Shown piece by piece: positions 11,587 to 23,900 of a stretch of 64,000 bases of DNA. The stretch is from Anolis carolinensis (taxonomy: Eukaryota). A program made the translations under genes and the position numbers. The notes beneath the pieces were generated by a model. It was not told where the DNA came from. It ran no database searches and saw only the letters and a program-made list of their open reading frames with translations. The first letter of the stretch is position 1. Each line of letters starts with the position of its first letter. The DNA lies in assembly GCF_035594765.1 (NCBI RefSeq), contig NW_026943819.1, forward strand, positions 4,700,703-4,764,702. The letters run 5' to 3'.

Positions 11587-12744
11587 TCCTTGCAGCCCAG
11601 GAGCAAGCCATCAGAACAAATGCAATTAAGGCCAAGATTGAAAAATCAGCTGATGACCCAAAATGCAGACTGTGCAAGGAAACCGACGAAACCATTGATC
11701 ATATCCTCAGCTGCTGTAAGAAAATCGCACAGACAGACTACAAACAGAGGCACAACTATGTGGCCCAAATGATCCATTGGAACTTATGCCTCAAGTACCA
11801 CCTGCCAGCAGCAAAGAACTGGTGGGATCACAAACCTGCAAAAGTATTGGAAAATGAGCACGCAAAGATACTGTGGGACTTCCGAATCCAGACTGACAAA
11901 GCTCTGGAACACAACACACCAGACATCACAGTTGTGGAAAAGAACAAGGTTTGGATCATTGATGTTGCCATCCCAGGTGACAGTCGCATTGATGAAAAAC
12001 AACAGGAAAAACTCAGCCGCTATCAGGACCTCAAGATTGAACTTCAAAGACTCTGGCAGAAACCAGTACAGGTGGTCCCGGTGGTGATGGGCACACTGGG
12101 TGCTGTGCCAAAAGATCTAAGCCGGCATTTGGAAACAATAGACATTGACAAAATCACCATCTGCCAACTGCAAAAGGCCACCCTACTGGGATCTGCACAC
12201 ATCATCAGAAAATACATCACACAGTCCTAGACACTTGGGAAGTGTTCGACTTGTGGTTTTGCGAAACGAAATCCAGCATATCTATCTTGTTTGCTGTGCC
12301 ATACAACGTCATTGTGTTGATAATAATAATAATAATAATGCAGAGGCAGGGTGGCCATCTGTCGGGGGTGCCTGGATGGTAGCAGTTGCTAGGAATCATG
12401 GGACCTGAAGTCCAAAACACCTGGAGGGAGGGCAGAAGTTGGCCCCTGCCTGGACTGCACTGCCCATCTAATGCAGTTGTTGACCCACGCTAAAGGGAAG
12501 CCGCCCCCTCCCTTTTTATTGGCCAACCTGGGGGTCCCTTAAAGGGGCAACGGGGTTGGGAGTGGGGCCCACCAGAGGAGGGAGTCTGAGGGAAAGAAGG
12601 GCGCCTGTCCCGGCCTCACCTGGCCACCTGGTTGCGGCGGATGTGGCGGACGAAGCCGTGGCTCATGTCCAAGCGGCCCCCGGGACGCCCCCCGGAGAAC
12701 GAGGAGGCCGAAGAGGAGGAGGACGAGGACGAGGAGGAAGCCAT
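5559..12744 (-). CDS. C2orf68: C2orf68 orthologue (UPF0561 protein), 4 coding exons, 169 aa
   Basis: Exons (minus): 12744-12620 (MASSSS...GGRPGGRLDMSHGFVRHIRRNQVAR), 9010-8895 (DDYDREVKQAKEKVKKRHTPAPARPRKPDQPVYHPCRR), 8723-8578 (..LDYEGSSESSSG..LFCLDFEADSGKITSVVVHQ), 5681-5559 (EHDPEDVVEKVSAQDPLEPALREALRRRVQEELEKRRVKR*). All introns GT-AG, phases consistent (510 nt). Matches recalled human C2orf68 motifs (PGGRLDMNHGFVHHIRRNQIAR, LFCLEYEADSG). Head-to-head with USP39 as in human. Confidence 0.93.
5815..6054 (-). mobile_element. tRNA-derived SINE with L2-type tail (Anolis SINE2-like)
   Basis: GGGCTGTGGCGCAGGCTGG head, B-box GAGTTCGAGGCC, tail shared with L2. Other copies at about 23289-23497(+), 41426-41645(+), 48462-48917(+), 60517-60985(-). 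Confidence 0.75.
6229..8046 (-). mobile_element. L2-clade LINE, 5'-truncated, with uninterrupted reverse transcriptase ORF2 portion (526 aa, 6450-8030) in C2orf68 intron 3
   Basis: RT motifs NYRPISNLPFLGKV, QSGFRPGHGTETAL, LLDLSAAFDTVDH, GVPQGSVLSP, YTDD; L2-type C-terminus (LHWLPI..R..FK, RAFSVVAPRLWN) and 3' tail GTAAGCCGCCCTGAGTCCC...AAATAAA. Confidence 0.9.
9095..9960 (+). mobile_element. R4/Dong-clade non-LTR retrotransposon, 5'-truncated, with premature stop
   Basis: CCHC knuckle (CRLC..ETTDHILSCC), RHN and restriction-like endonuclease (TPDITVV..VIDVAIP); stop at ~9664; flanked by trinucleotide repeats. Confidence 0.85.
10003..11178 (+). repeat. Tandem array of CR1 3'-end units (about 110 bp + (TTA)n, 7-8 copies)
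   Basis: Unit ...TCCTGCATGAAGGCAGAAAGGGGTTGGACTGGATGCCCTTTGGGGATCTCTTCCAACTCTAGCATTCTATT, the CR1 3' stem-loop plus ATTCT tail. Confidence 0.8.
11584..12320 (+). mobile_element. R4/Dong-clade retrotransposon 3' portion inserted in (TAA)n
   Basis: Open C-terminal frame with CCHC and PD-(D/E)xK endonuclease (PDITVV..IIDVAIP..EKLSRYQDL); (TAA)n on both sides. Confidence 0.88.
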
Positions 12745-12839
12745 CGAGGAAGAGAGAGAGAGAAAGAAGGAAGGAGGGAGGGAAGGAGGAGGAGACCCGG
12801 GGCCACGCCCCCCTGCCGCCAACTGCCGCCTTCGAAGTC

Positions 12840-12956
12840 ATAGAGCCTCACAGAGTGGGTCCCCCAGAGGACATCTAGCCCAACCCGTTTCTGCGCTTCA
12901 GGCAGGGAAAGCACCATCCAAGCGCCCCCGACAGATGGCCATCCTGCCTCTGCATG

Positions 12957-12992
<36 letters not shown>

Positions 12993-13391
12993 GTAATAGA
13001 ATGCTAGAGTTGGAAGAGATCCCCAAAGGGCATCCAGTCCAACCCCCTTCTGCTCTTCATGCAGGAAAGGCACCATCACAGCACCCCCGACAGGTGGCCG
13101 CCCTAACTCTGCATGATAATAATAATAATAANNNNNNNNNNNNNNNNNNNNNNNNNNNNNNNNNNNNNNNNNNNNNNNNNNNNNNNNNNNNNNNNNNNNN
13201 NNNNNNNNNNNNNNNNNNNNNNNNNNNNNNNNNNNNNNNNNNNNNNNNNNNNNNNNNNNNNNNNATCCCCACAGGGCATCCAGTCCAACCCTCTTCTGCC
13301 TTCATGCAGGAAAGGCACCATCACAGCACCCCCGACAGGTGGCCGCCCTGACTCTGCATGATAATAATAATAATAATAGAATAGGGAGGGA

Positions 13392-13423
<32 letters not shown>

Positions 13424-13436
13424 GAATAGGGAGGGA

Positions 13437-13483
<47 letters not shown>

Positions 13484-14048
13484 GAATGCTAGAGTTGGAA
13501 GAGATCCCCACAGGGCATCCAGTCCAACCCTCTTCTGCTCTTCATGCAGGAAAAGCACCATCCAACCGCCCCCGACAGATGGCCACCCTGCCTCTGCATA
13601 TTAATAATAATAGTAATAATAATGAGACACTTGGGAAGTGTTCGACTTGTGATTTTGTGAAACAAAATCCAGCATAACTATCTTGTTTGCTGTGTCATAC
13701 AACATCGTTGTGTCAATAATAATAGAATGCTAGAGTTGGAAGAGATCCCCAAAGGGCATCCAGTCCAACCCCCTTCTGCTCTTCATGCAGGAAAGGCACC
13801 ATCAAAGCACCCCCGACAGATGGCCGCCCTGACTCTGCATGATAATAATAATAATAATAGAATAGGGAGGGAATATAATAATAATAATAATAATAGAATG
13901 CTAGAGTTGGAAGAGATCCCCACAGGGCATCCAGTCTAACCCTCTTCTGCTCTTCATGCAGGAAAAGCACCATCCAAGCACCCCCGACAGATGGACACCC
14001 TGCCTCTGCATGTTAATAATAATAATAATAGAATAGGGAGGGAATATA

Positions 14049-14093
<45 letters not shown>

Positions 14094-14360
14094 TAATAGA
14101 ATGCTAGAGTTGGAAGAGATCCCGAAAGGGCATCCAGTCCAACCCTCTTCTGCCTTCATGCAGTAATAGCACCATCCAAGCACCCCCGACAGATGGCCAC
14201 CCTGCCTCTGCATATTAATAATAATAGTAATAATAATGATAATAGAATGCTAGAGTTGGAAGAGGTCCACAAAGGGCATCCAGTCCAACCCTCTTCTGCC
14301 TTCATGCAGGAAAGGCACCATCAAAGCACCCCAGACAGATGGCCATCCTGCCTCTGCATA
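12840..14360 (-). repeat. Second CR1 3'-end tandem array (about 8 copies), opposite orientation; contains an assembly gap
   Basis: Reverse complement of the 10003-11178 unit; N run at 13132-13264. Confidence 0.8.
13132..13264. other. Assembly gap (N run)
   Basis: Run of n characters. Confidence 0.99.
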
Positions 14361-15139
14361 ATAATTATAATAATAATATAATATAGTACAGTACAGTATA
14401 ATAATACTATTCGTATTATATAATATACTGTATTATATTTATTTATTTACTTACTACATTTATATCCCGCTCTTCTCACCCCGGAGGGGACTCAAGAGTG
14501 ACTTACAAATCAAATGTACATACAATATATTATTAGGATAGCACAATATAAGCATTAAATTACTCTATTGTACTATATCATTATATGGTAATATTATTAG
14601 TAATATTACATTTAATCTTTAACATATAATTAATATTATTATTATATTATTAGTATAATATTGTATTAAATTATAATATTATTATCTATATATCTATATC
14701 TATATATAAAATGAGTTGTAGCATATATAACATAATATAGTACATTTTTAATATTATATATAATATATTGGTATTATAATATTACAATATTATTATTTCT
14801 ATATGTTATTATGTTGGTTCAGTGAAGCCAGCATTAAATTACTATATCATTATATGGTAATATTATTAGTAATGTTACATTTAATATATAATATGTAATT
14901 AATATTATTATATTATATTATTATTAGTATAATATTGTATTATGTTATAATATTATCAATATAATATTATATATTATATTATATATATTGTAAGTTGTAG
15001 CACATGTAACATAATATATTGCATTATTAATATTATATATAATATATTGGTATTATAATATTACAATATTATTATTTCTATATATTATTATGTTGGTTCA
15101 GTGAAGCCAGAGTTTCTTGGGTTCGACTGCATTATAAGG

Positions 15140-15339
15140 CATAGGATGCCTTCTGCGCAGGCGCAAACGTCCATTTCTCGCTGCGCATGCGCTAATGTTA
15201 AGACGCCGGGCGGCAAGCCTGGCCAAGAGGGATGACGTCATGTTTCGACGGACGTGTAGCCTTCGTCTCCTCGGGCGTGACGGCATCTTCTGGCGCCGGA
15301 GGACTCTCGTGCGCATGCGCGGGCTTGTCGTCCGTGGCG
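15140..15339 (+). promoter_or_regulatory. USP39 CpG-island promoter
   Basis: Three NRF1-type motifs (TGCGCAGGCGCA ~15154; TGCGCATGCGC ~15183 and ~15310) and a full CRE TGACGTCA at 15233-15240, directly upstream of the ATG. Confidence 0.75.
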
Positions 15340-17518
15340 ATGTCGTTGAGAGTGAAGCGGGAGAGAGACCCATGGCCGGCCTTGTCCGGCGGGGAAGTGA
15401 AGCCGGTGAAAGTGAAGCGGGAGCCCGAAGAGGAGGAGGAGCAGCAGCCCCGGATCAAGCAGGAGCCCAAGGAGGAGCCGGACGAAGATGAGGACGAACC
15501 CGAAGGTGGGTCGGAAGGCAGGCCATCTGCCGGGTGGGCTTGGATGGTGCTTCTCCTGCGTAGAAGAAAGAAGGAAAGGGGCTGGACTGGGTGGCCCTTG
15601 GATTGGTGTCTTCCAATTCTAGTATTCTCTTACTGCACTTTACCCGGTCTATTTTTACAACCTCGCCGTTTCAATTCATGTTTTATTAAGTTTGTTATTT
15701 ATCTTTATAGATTAATGTTTAAATCTTTTTTAATTGTGTATGTTTTTTTTCTAATGATGCATTTTGTTTTGCTATTGTTTTTATCTGGGCTTGGCCCCAT
15801 GTAAGCCGCCCCTAGTCCCTTTTGGGGGAGATGGAGGCGGGGTATAAAAATAAAGTTATTATTATTATTATTATTATTACTACTACTATTGTTAAGTAGG
15901 GTCTGGATGGCCACCTGTCAGGAGGACTTTGATTGTGCTTTTCCTGCATGAAGGCAGAAGGGTTGCACCGGATGGCCTCTAAAGGTCCCTTTCAACTTTA
16001 TGATTCTATATATACAGGCCGTCCCCAAGTTACAAACAAAATAGGTTCTGTCGGTTTGTGTGTGTAAATTTGAATTTGTGTGTGTAAATTGGGACAGGGA
16101 CATTTTTTAAGTGTCACTCCAGCCAATTAGGTCAGAGCACATATCTTCAAAGCTACAATCTTACCTGCAATGTTTAACGCATCTGAAACATGGGCAACAA
16201 CAAAGTTAGAGGAGGAAAAACTGGCAGTGACTCAGAGAGCAAGGGAAAGAAGGATGTGTGGCATGACAGAAAAAAAATAAAATGCAAAGATAGAGAATGG
16301 GGGACGATGCCTGGCTCGACAGCAGTATGTCTGAAAAAAATCTTGGAGTCCTCGTGGGGAGGAAGGTGAACATGAGCCAACTATGTGATGCAGCAGCTAA
16401 AAAAGCCAATGGGATTTTGGCCTGCATAAATGGGAGTTTAGTGCCTAGATACAGGGAAGGTGGAAACAAGGCAGCAGGCCTGCAACACAGGGTCCCCTCT
16501 GCCCCCAATTGGGCAATTAAGAAACTTATTAATAGATGCATTTTATTATTTCTGACTTACTGCAGTCTAACATATTAGAGGCTTTCAAACATTTATCTGT
16601 GTGTTTATTCTTTGGTGCTTTTAATCTCTTCCAGTCAAATATGGCCGTTTTGACCCAGAGGACCGACGGAGCCGGCACTGCCCTTATTTGGACACCATCA
16701 ACAAGTCAGTACCAAGAGGAAAGGGCCCCTGTGTTGGTGCAGGGAACAGTTGTTAGAAGTATTGCAGAAAACCAGGCCTGTGCAAAGTGTGAGAAAGCAA
16801 GTTGCTGGTAGTAGAACAACAACATGCAACTAAATGCTGTATTCTGGTCAGATGAAAAATGTGTAGATGTAGAAGCCATGAGGAATTGGAAAAAACTAGC
16901 TGGGATAATGATGTTCCATATCATATTACAGTACAGCTTGTTATTTTCAGGGTATATAGTGCATTGTGTATAAACACTCGCACATCAGCATTTTAGTGTA
17001 TAACTGAAGACTTTTTTTGTGTTTCAAAGAGTTTTATTTCGTTTTCACACTTTTATACCATACGAGTGGGGGGGAAAGGCCAAGGAAATTATCATAAGTT
17101 GATTATGGAGTTTTGTTAGCAAGTTAGGTCTATCCATAAGCCTAATGTACATCCAAGAGTGAGAAAGGGGAGGGTATTTTAATACATACTCTATTTTTAA
17201 AGCAGTTCCCATCACAATGCCTTTTGTTTAGGAAAAACAAAAAAAATTGGTTTCTTTCTTTCTTTTTGTCCCATCTTTCCAATTGTCCCATCTTTTTCTT
17301 ATCTTCTCCTCTAGGCCTATTCCATTAGTATTTCTTCTAGTTCTTTTATCATTTTACTTGTACTTTACATTTTCTATTTTCTCTTATTTTAATAATAACA
17401 TTTTATTTAGATTTCTTAGAGGCAATTTCTTTTGTTAATATGTTAGCAATGCCTGTATAAATACTCCGCTTGTTCCATCATCTATCCTTTTTATTAAAAA
17501 ACTGTCTCTGTCCCCCCC

Positions 17519-17561
<43 letters not shown>

Positions 17562-20500
17562 CTAGCTGTGCCCGGCCACGCGTTGCTGTGGCGAAGTCTG
17601 GTGGTATGGGAAATAAAGTATTGAGGAATTGGTGGTAGTAAAGGTCAAGGGTAAAGGTTTTCCCCAGACATTAAGTCCAGTCGTGTCTGACTCTGGAGGT
17701 TGGTGCTCATCTCCATTTCTAAGCCGAAGAGCCGGCGTTATCCGTAGACTCCTCCAAGGTCATGTGGGATGACTACATGGAGCGGCGTTACCTTCCCGCC
17801 CGAGCAGTACCTATTGATGCACTCACATTTGCATGTTTTCGAACTTCTGGGTTGGCAGAAGCTGGAGCTAACAGTGGGGGCTCTCTCCGCTCCCCCAATT
17901 CAAACCTGTGGCCTTTCAGTCCAGAAGTTCAGCAGCTCAGCGCTTTAACACGCTGCGCCATCAGGCGATATTATTTCCTAAAGGTTGTGAATATACAATA
18001 TTTCTGATTGGTTTTTTTTTTTTTTGTTGGAGGCAAGTATGAATGCTGCAGTTAGGAAAAATGATTAGGATGTAATGGCCTTGCAGCTTTAAAGCCTGGC
18101 TGTTTCTTCCCTGAGTGAATTTTTTGTTGGGAGGTGTTAGCTGGCCCTGATTGTTTCCTGTCTGGAATTTCCTTGTTTTCAGAGTGGTGTTGTTTGTGAT
18201 ATTTTATGTGCTTCTACTGTCTGTGGCCCTGAGAAAACAGAGGATTTTCCAGACTTTGATGATGGGAATACTTTGTTGGGAGGTGTTAGCTGGCCCTGAT
18301 TGTTTCCTGTGTGGAATTCCCCTGTTTATTTACTGTCCTGGTTTTAGAGATTATATTGTTCTGCATTATTCTATCCCAGTAATTATTTCATATTAAAGAA
18401 GAATCTCACTTATCCAACATTCGCTTATACAATGTTCTGGATTATCCAACGCAGTCTGCCTTTTCATAATCAATGCTTTTGTAGTCAGTGTTTTAAATTC
18501 ATTGTGATATTTTAGTGGTAAATTTGTAAATACAGTACAGTAGAGTCTCACTTATCCAACATAAACGGGCCGGCAGAACGTTGGATAAGCGAATATGTTG
18601 GATAATGAGGAATTAAGGATAACCCTATTAAACATCAAATTAAGTTATGATTTTACAAATTAAGCACCAAAACATCATGTTAGACAACAAATTTGTCAGA
18701 AAAAGTAGTTCAGTACACAGTAATGCTATATAGTAATTACTGTATTTATGAATTTAGCTCCAAAATATCACGATATATTGAAAGCATTGACTACAAAAAT
18801 GCGTTGGATAATCCAGAACGTTGGATAAGCGAGTGTTGGATAAGTGAGACTCTACTGTAAATACTACATAGCATTACTGCGCATGGAACTACTTTTTCTG
18901 TCAAATTTGTTGTATAATATGATGTTTTGGTGCTTAATTTGTATAACGATTACCTAATTTGATGTTTAATTGGCTTTTCCTGAATCCCTTCTTATTATCC
19001 AACATATTCACTTATCCTGCCGGCCTGTTTACGTTGGATAAGTGAGACTTTACTGTATATTTCTAATCTTATATTATCTGCTCAGAACTGGATTATATGA
19101 GGCCCCTTCTTCACAGCTGTATAAAATGCACACTGAAGTGGATTATATGGCAGTGTGGAGTCAAGATAATCCAGTGCAAAGCAGATAATATAAGATTATA
19201 AATGGGTTATATAGCTGTGTGGAAGGGCCTTGAGTCTACACTGCCATATAATCCAGTGCAAATTAGATAATCTGTGGAAGAAGCCTAAGTGAGGCCTAAA
19301 TCTGCCTGTCCCCTAACTGAAACCTGGCTGTCCCTTGGTTGCTAGGCAACCAAGTGGGCAGAGATTAGCCCTCTAAACTGGCAGCAATTGGATAAAAAAA
19401 TTATTGCTCTCCCTCTAATTAGGACTTTATTTTTCTTTTCTTTTTGTTGTATCAACCTTGAGGCGTGGATGATGGGTTGTGTTGTCAAATTTTGAGGTTG
19501 GGGGGCCTGTACTTTTGTTGTTTTGTGAATTGCCGTGATGCCATCACTCTTTTATATATATAGATATATATATATAGTCATATACATACATAAACATATT
19601 CATTCATTCATATACACACACATATATGAGAGTGTATGTGTTTCTATAATTTCTGTATCATGGATATTGTGCATTTTTCTATTATAGTTTCTAAACAATT
19701 GACCCATATAACTGAAGACCTTTTGAGGCTTGGATTTAGATGCAGCAACGTTCATAGATGCTGAGTTCACATATCTGTGGATCGCCACCAGCATCAGAGA
19801 GGCTTTCCGTGTCTTCAGCCTTTTTCCTTTCCCATGGATAGCACAATGTACACAAGGCTCACAAATGTTCTCAAGTGATGTTGAATTCTCTGTTCTGGTC
19901 CTAATGTGTCATATTGTAATCCACAAGAGTCCTCATGGGGAGAAAGGCAGGGTAGAAATAAAGTTAGTAGCAACAACAACATGGCACTAATGTAGATATC
20001 TTCTTTTCTAGGAGTGTTCTGGACTTTGACTTCGAGAAGCTCTGTTCCATTTCCCTTTCTCACATCAACGTGTATGCATGTTTGGTCTGTGGAAAATATT
20101 TTCAGGGTAAGTCCACTCCCTTTTTTGGATTTAAAGGACAATAGAAAAGTATCTTCCTAGTAACAAATCCTAGGACATTCTGTGAAATAAAGACCTGAAG
20201 GGGAGAAAGCATTGATCTGGGAATAGATAATGTAGCAAGGCAATTTTATTGTGTTTTGAATGTACAGTAGAGTCTCACTTATCCAACATAAACGGGCAGA
20301 CAGAACGTTGGATAAGCGAATATGTTGGATAATAAGGAGGTATTAAGGAAAAGCCTATTAAACATCAAATTAGGTTATGATTTTACAAATTAAGCACCAA
20401 AACATTATGTTATACAACAAATTTGACAGAAAAAGTAGTTCAGTACGCAGTAATGCTATGTAGTAATTACTGTATTTATGAATTTAGCACCAAAATATCA

Positions 20501-20867
20501 TGATGTATTGAAAACATTGACTACAAAAATGCGTTGGATAATCCAGAACATTGGATAAGTGAGTGTTGGATAAGTGAGACTCTACTGTATGTTGAATTAA
20601 AGAAGAGAAAATTGATTATATCAAAAAGATAAAAGTTCTTGGGATTCTTCTGTTGAACTCAGTGACTTGAAGCCTCACCTCCTTCATCTGTTACCTACAA
20701 CGTTATTGACCCCAATTGGAAGCTGCTGTGATTTTACTGATTGTTATTTTAATGTAAATTTTATTTTTGTGTAATGTGTTTTTATATTGTTGTGTATTGT
20801 ATGTCTGTATCTTTGTTGTAAACCGCCCTGAGTCCCTTTTGGGAGATAGGGCGGTATATAAATAAAG

Positions 20868-20900
<33 letters not shown>

Positions 20901-23900
20901 TCTCGATGGCGCTGCCTTGCCTTGACCAGAGTGTGTCTTTCCCCTCCAGGCCGGGGCTTGAAGTCCCACGCCTACATTCACAGTGTCCAGTTCAGCCACC
21001 ACGTCTTCCTCAATCTCCACACCTTGAAGTTTTACTGTCTGCCAGACAACTATGAAATCATTGACTCTTCATTGGAGGATATCACAGTATGTGGCTTTCT
21101 TGCCGAAGGATTTGGGGATGGTGGGCGGTGCGCAGTAAGCAAAGTAGGCTTATTTCCTTCTTGTACCACAGTGAGGTAGTGAACCTAGTTTGCCCCTTAG
21201 ACAGCATTAGTCATCCTGCCTTTCCTGAACAGAGGTGTTGGAGGTCAGTCTGGGGGCCAGGATGCCAGCAGCGGGCACAGCCTCACCCATCTTCTCTTTT
21301 TTCCCTTGACCTTCCTTTCCAATCTCTTCCCCAGTATGTCCTGAAGCCCACCTTCACCAAGCAGCACATCGCCAACCTGGACAAACAGGCCAAGCTCTCC
21401 CGGGCCTACGATGGCACCACCTACCTTCCAGGCATCGTGGGCTTGAACAACATCAAGGCTAATGACTACGCCAATGCTGTTCTCCAGGTACTGTCACATC
21501 TTTGCAAATACTGAACAAGATGTGTTGTCGAAGGCTTTCATGGCCAGAATCACCCTAGTTGGCTCTTGTAAGCTAATGTGGATGTTTGTTCAGATTTTAT
21601 CTATATATATAAAAGAGTGATGGCATCACAGCGACCCACAAAACAACAAAACTTCAGGCCCCCCAACCTCAAAATTTGACAACACAACCCATCATCCACG
21701 GCTCTAGGTTGATACAACAAAAAGAAAAGAAAAATAAAGTCCTAATGAGAGAGAGAGGAATAATTGCTTTTATCCAATTGCTGCCAGTTAGAAGGCTAAG
21801 CTCCTCCAACTTGGTCTCCTAGCAACCTAGTAAAAAATAATAAAAAGCACTAAAATATAATTAAAAACACTAAAAATTAATACAATAAAATACTATAATA
21901 ACAGAAAATAACTAAAAATAATACAAGAAAATAATAAAATATAATAAATAAAAAGATAAGTTACAATAAAATTAATAAAAAGTACAAATAACGTCAAATA
22001 AAAATTACACAACAATTTTAAACCAATACCACCACCACTTTGCCACAGCAACGCGTGACCGGGCACAGCTAGTGTCATTATATAATTTTGTCTGTTTAAT
22101 TTATTGATATTAGGTTTAATTTACTGATGTTAGGCCTCAATTTGATGTTAGGTTTTAATGTTATTTTGATATGTGGGTTTTTGGAGGGCTGATTTTATGT
22201 CAGTATTTGTTTTATGGAAGCATTGAATGTTTGCCGTTGTATGTTGGAATCCGCCCTGAGTCCCCCTGGGGAGATACAGTAGAGTCTCACTTATCCAAGA
22301 CTCGCTTATCCAAGGTTCTGGATTATCCAAGGCATTTCTGTAGTCAATGTTTTCAATATATCGTGATATTTTGGTGCTAAATTTGTAAATACAGTAATTA
22401 CAACATAACATTACTGCTTATTGAACTACTTTTTCTGTCAAGTTTGTTGTATAACATGATGTTTTGGTGCTTAATTTGTAAAACCATAACCTAATTTGAT
22501 GTTTAATAGGCTTTTCCTTAATTCCTCCTTATTATCCAAGATATTCGCTTATCCAAGATTCTGCCGGCCCATTTAGCTTGGATAAGTGAGACTCTACTTT
22601 AAATAGGGTGGAATACAAATAAAGTTTATTATTATTATTATTATCATCATCACTGGGTTGCTATGGATTTTCCAGACTGTATGGCTATGTTCCAGAAGCA
22701 TTATCTCCTGACGTTTTACCCACATCTATGGCAGGCATCCTCAGAGTTTAAACCTCAGTTGCCTAGATTCCGACAAACCTCACAACCTCTGAGGATGTAG
22801 GTGAAACGTCATAGATGTGGGTGAAACGTCAGGAGAAAACGCTTCTGGAACGTGGCCAGACAGCCCAGAAAATGCACAGCAACCCATTGAACGAGCTGGT
22901 GATGTGCCATGGTTCTCACAGTTACATCAAGCAGATGAGAGGAGCCTCTTCTCTTACTTAAATAACGAAAGATACAACATTGATCCAATAAAAAGCCTCT
23001 TCTGTAGCAGCTGAACCCTCTTGCCAAAGGCTCACCTAAACAACAAGTAGTGCATCCGTCAGAGACTGGACAGCAGGGAGTGAGGCAGTTTTACCTCCCA
23101 GAATCTGATATTAGAGTTGGTAGAGACCCCAAGGGCTAGCCAGTCCAACCCCTTTTGGCCATGAAGGAGGACACAATCAAAGCTTTGCCTACAGATGGCC
23201 ATCAAAATGTCTTATCAAAAGATAACACAGGAACAGATGTCAGATCTAAAGAAAGTTGGAGCATTTCTGTATGGAATGCCTCACATTCCGGGCAGTGGCA
23301 CAAGCTTGTTAGCAGCCAGCTACAACAAATCACTCTGACCAAGAGGTCATGAGTTCGAGACCCGCCCGTTGCTGCATCTGTCTCTGTTCTATGTTATGGC
23401 ACTGAAGGTTTGCCTTATACTTGCAATGTGATCCGCCCTGAGTCCCCTTCGGGGTGAGAAGGGCAGAATATAAATACTGTAAATAAATAAATAAATTATA
23501 ATTGTACGCATCACAATTCCCTCTGATGCCCAATATCCGTGTGTCTAGGCACTGTCCAACGTCCCTCCGCTGCGGAATTATTTCCTGGAGGAGGAGAACT
23601 ACAAGAACATCAAGCGCCCGCCGGGGGACATCATGTTCCTGCTGGTCCAGAGATTTGGGGAGCTCATGCGGAAGCTGTGGAACCCCCGGAATTTCAAGGC
23701 TCATGTCTCCCCCCATGAAATGCTGCAGGCCGTAGTCCTGTGCAGCAAGAAGAACTTCCAGATCACCAAGCAAGGTGGGCTTGGGCATATCCTTTAGTGT
23801 GGAGTGGTCCACTGATGGAGGAGGACATTTCTGCCCAAATGACAGCGACCGAAGCCTTACTGTTCCTGAGCCAGCTGTAGCTGCTTTCCGAAGTTGTCTC

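Noticed and set aside
10074-14381. Many poly-N/I/Y/L ORFs
   Set aside because: Translations of (TAA)n microsatellites and CR1-tail units.
14400-15110. AT-rich block with a ~280-bp tandem duplication upstream of USP39
   Set aside because: Low-complexity sequence with no supportable function.
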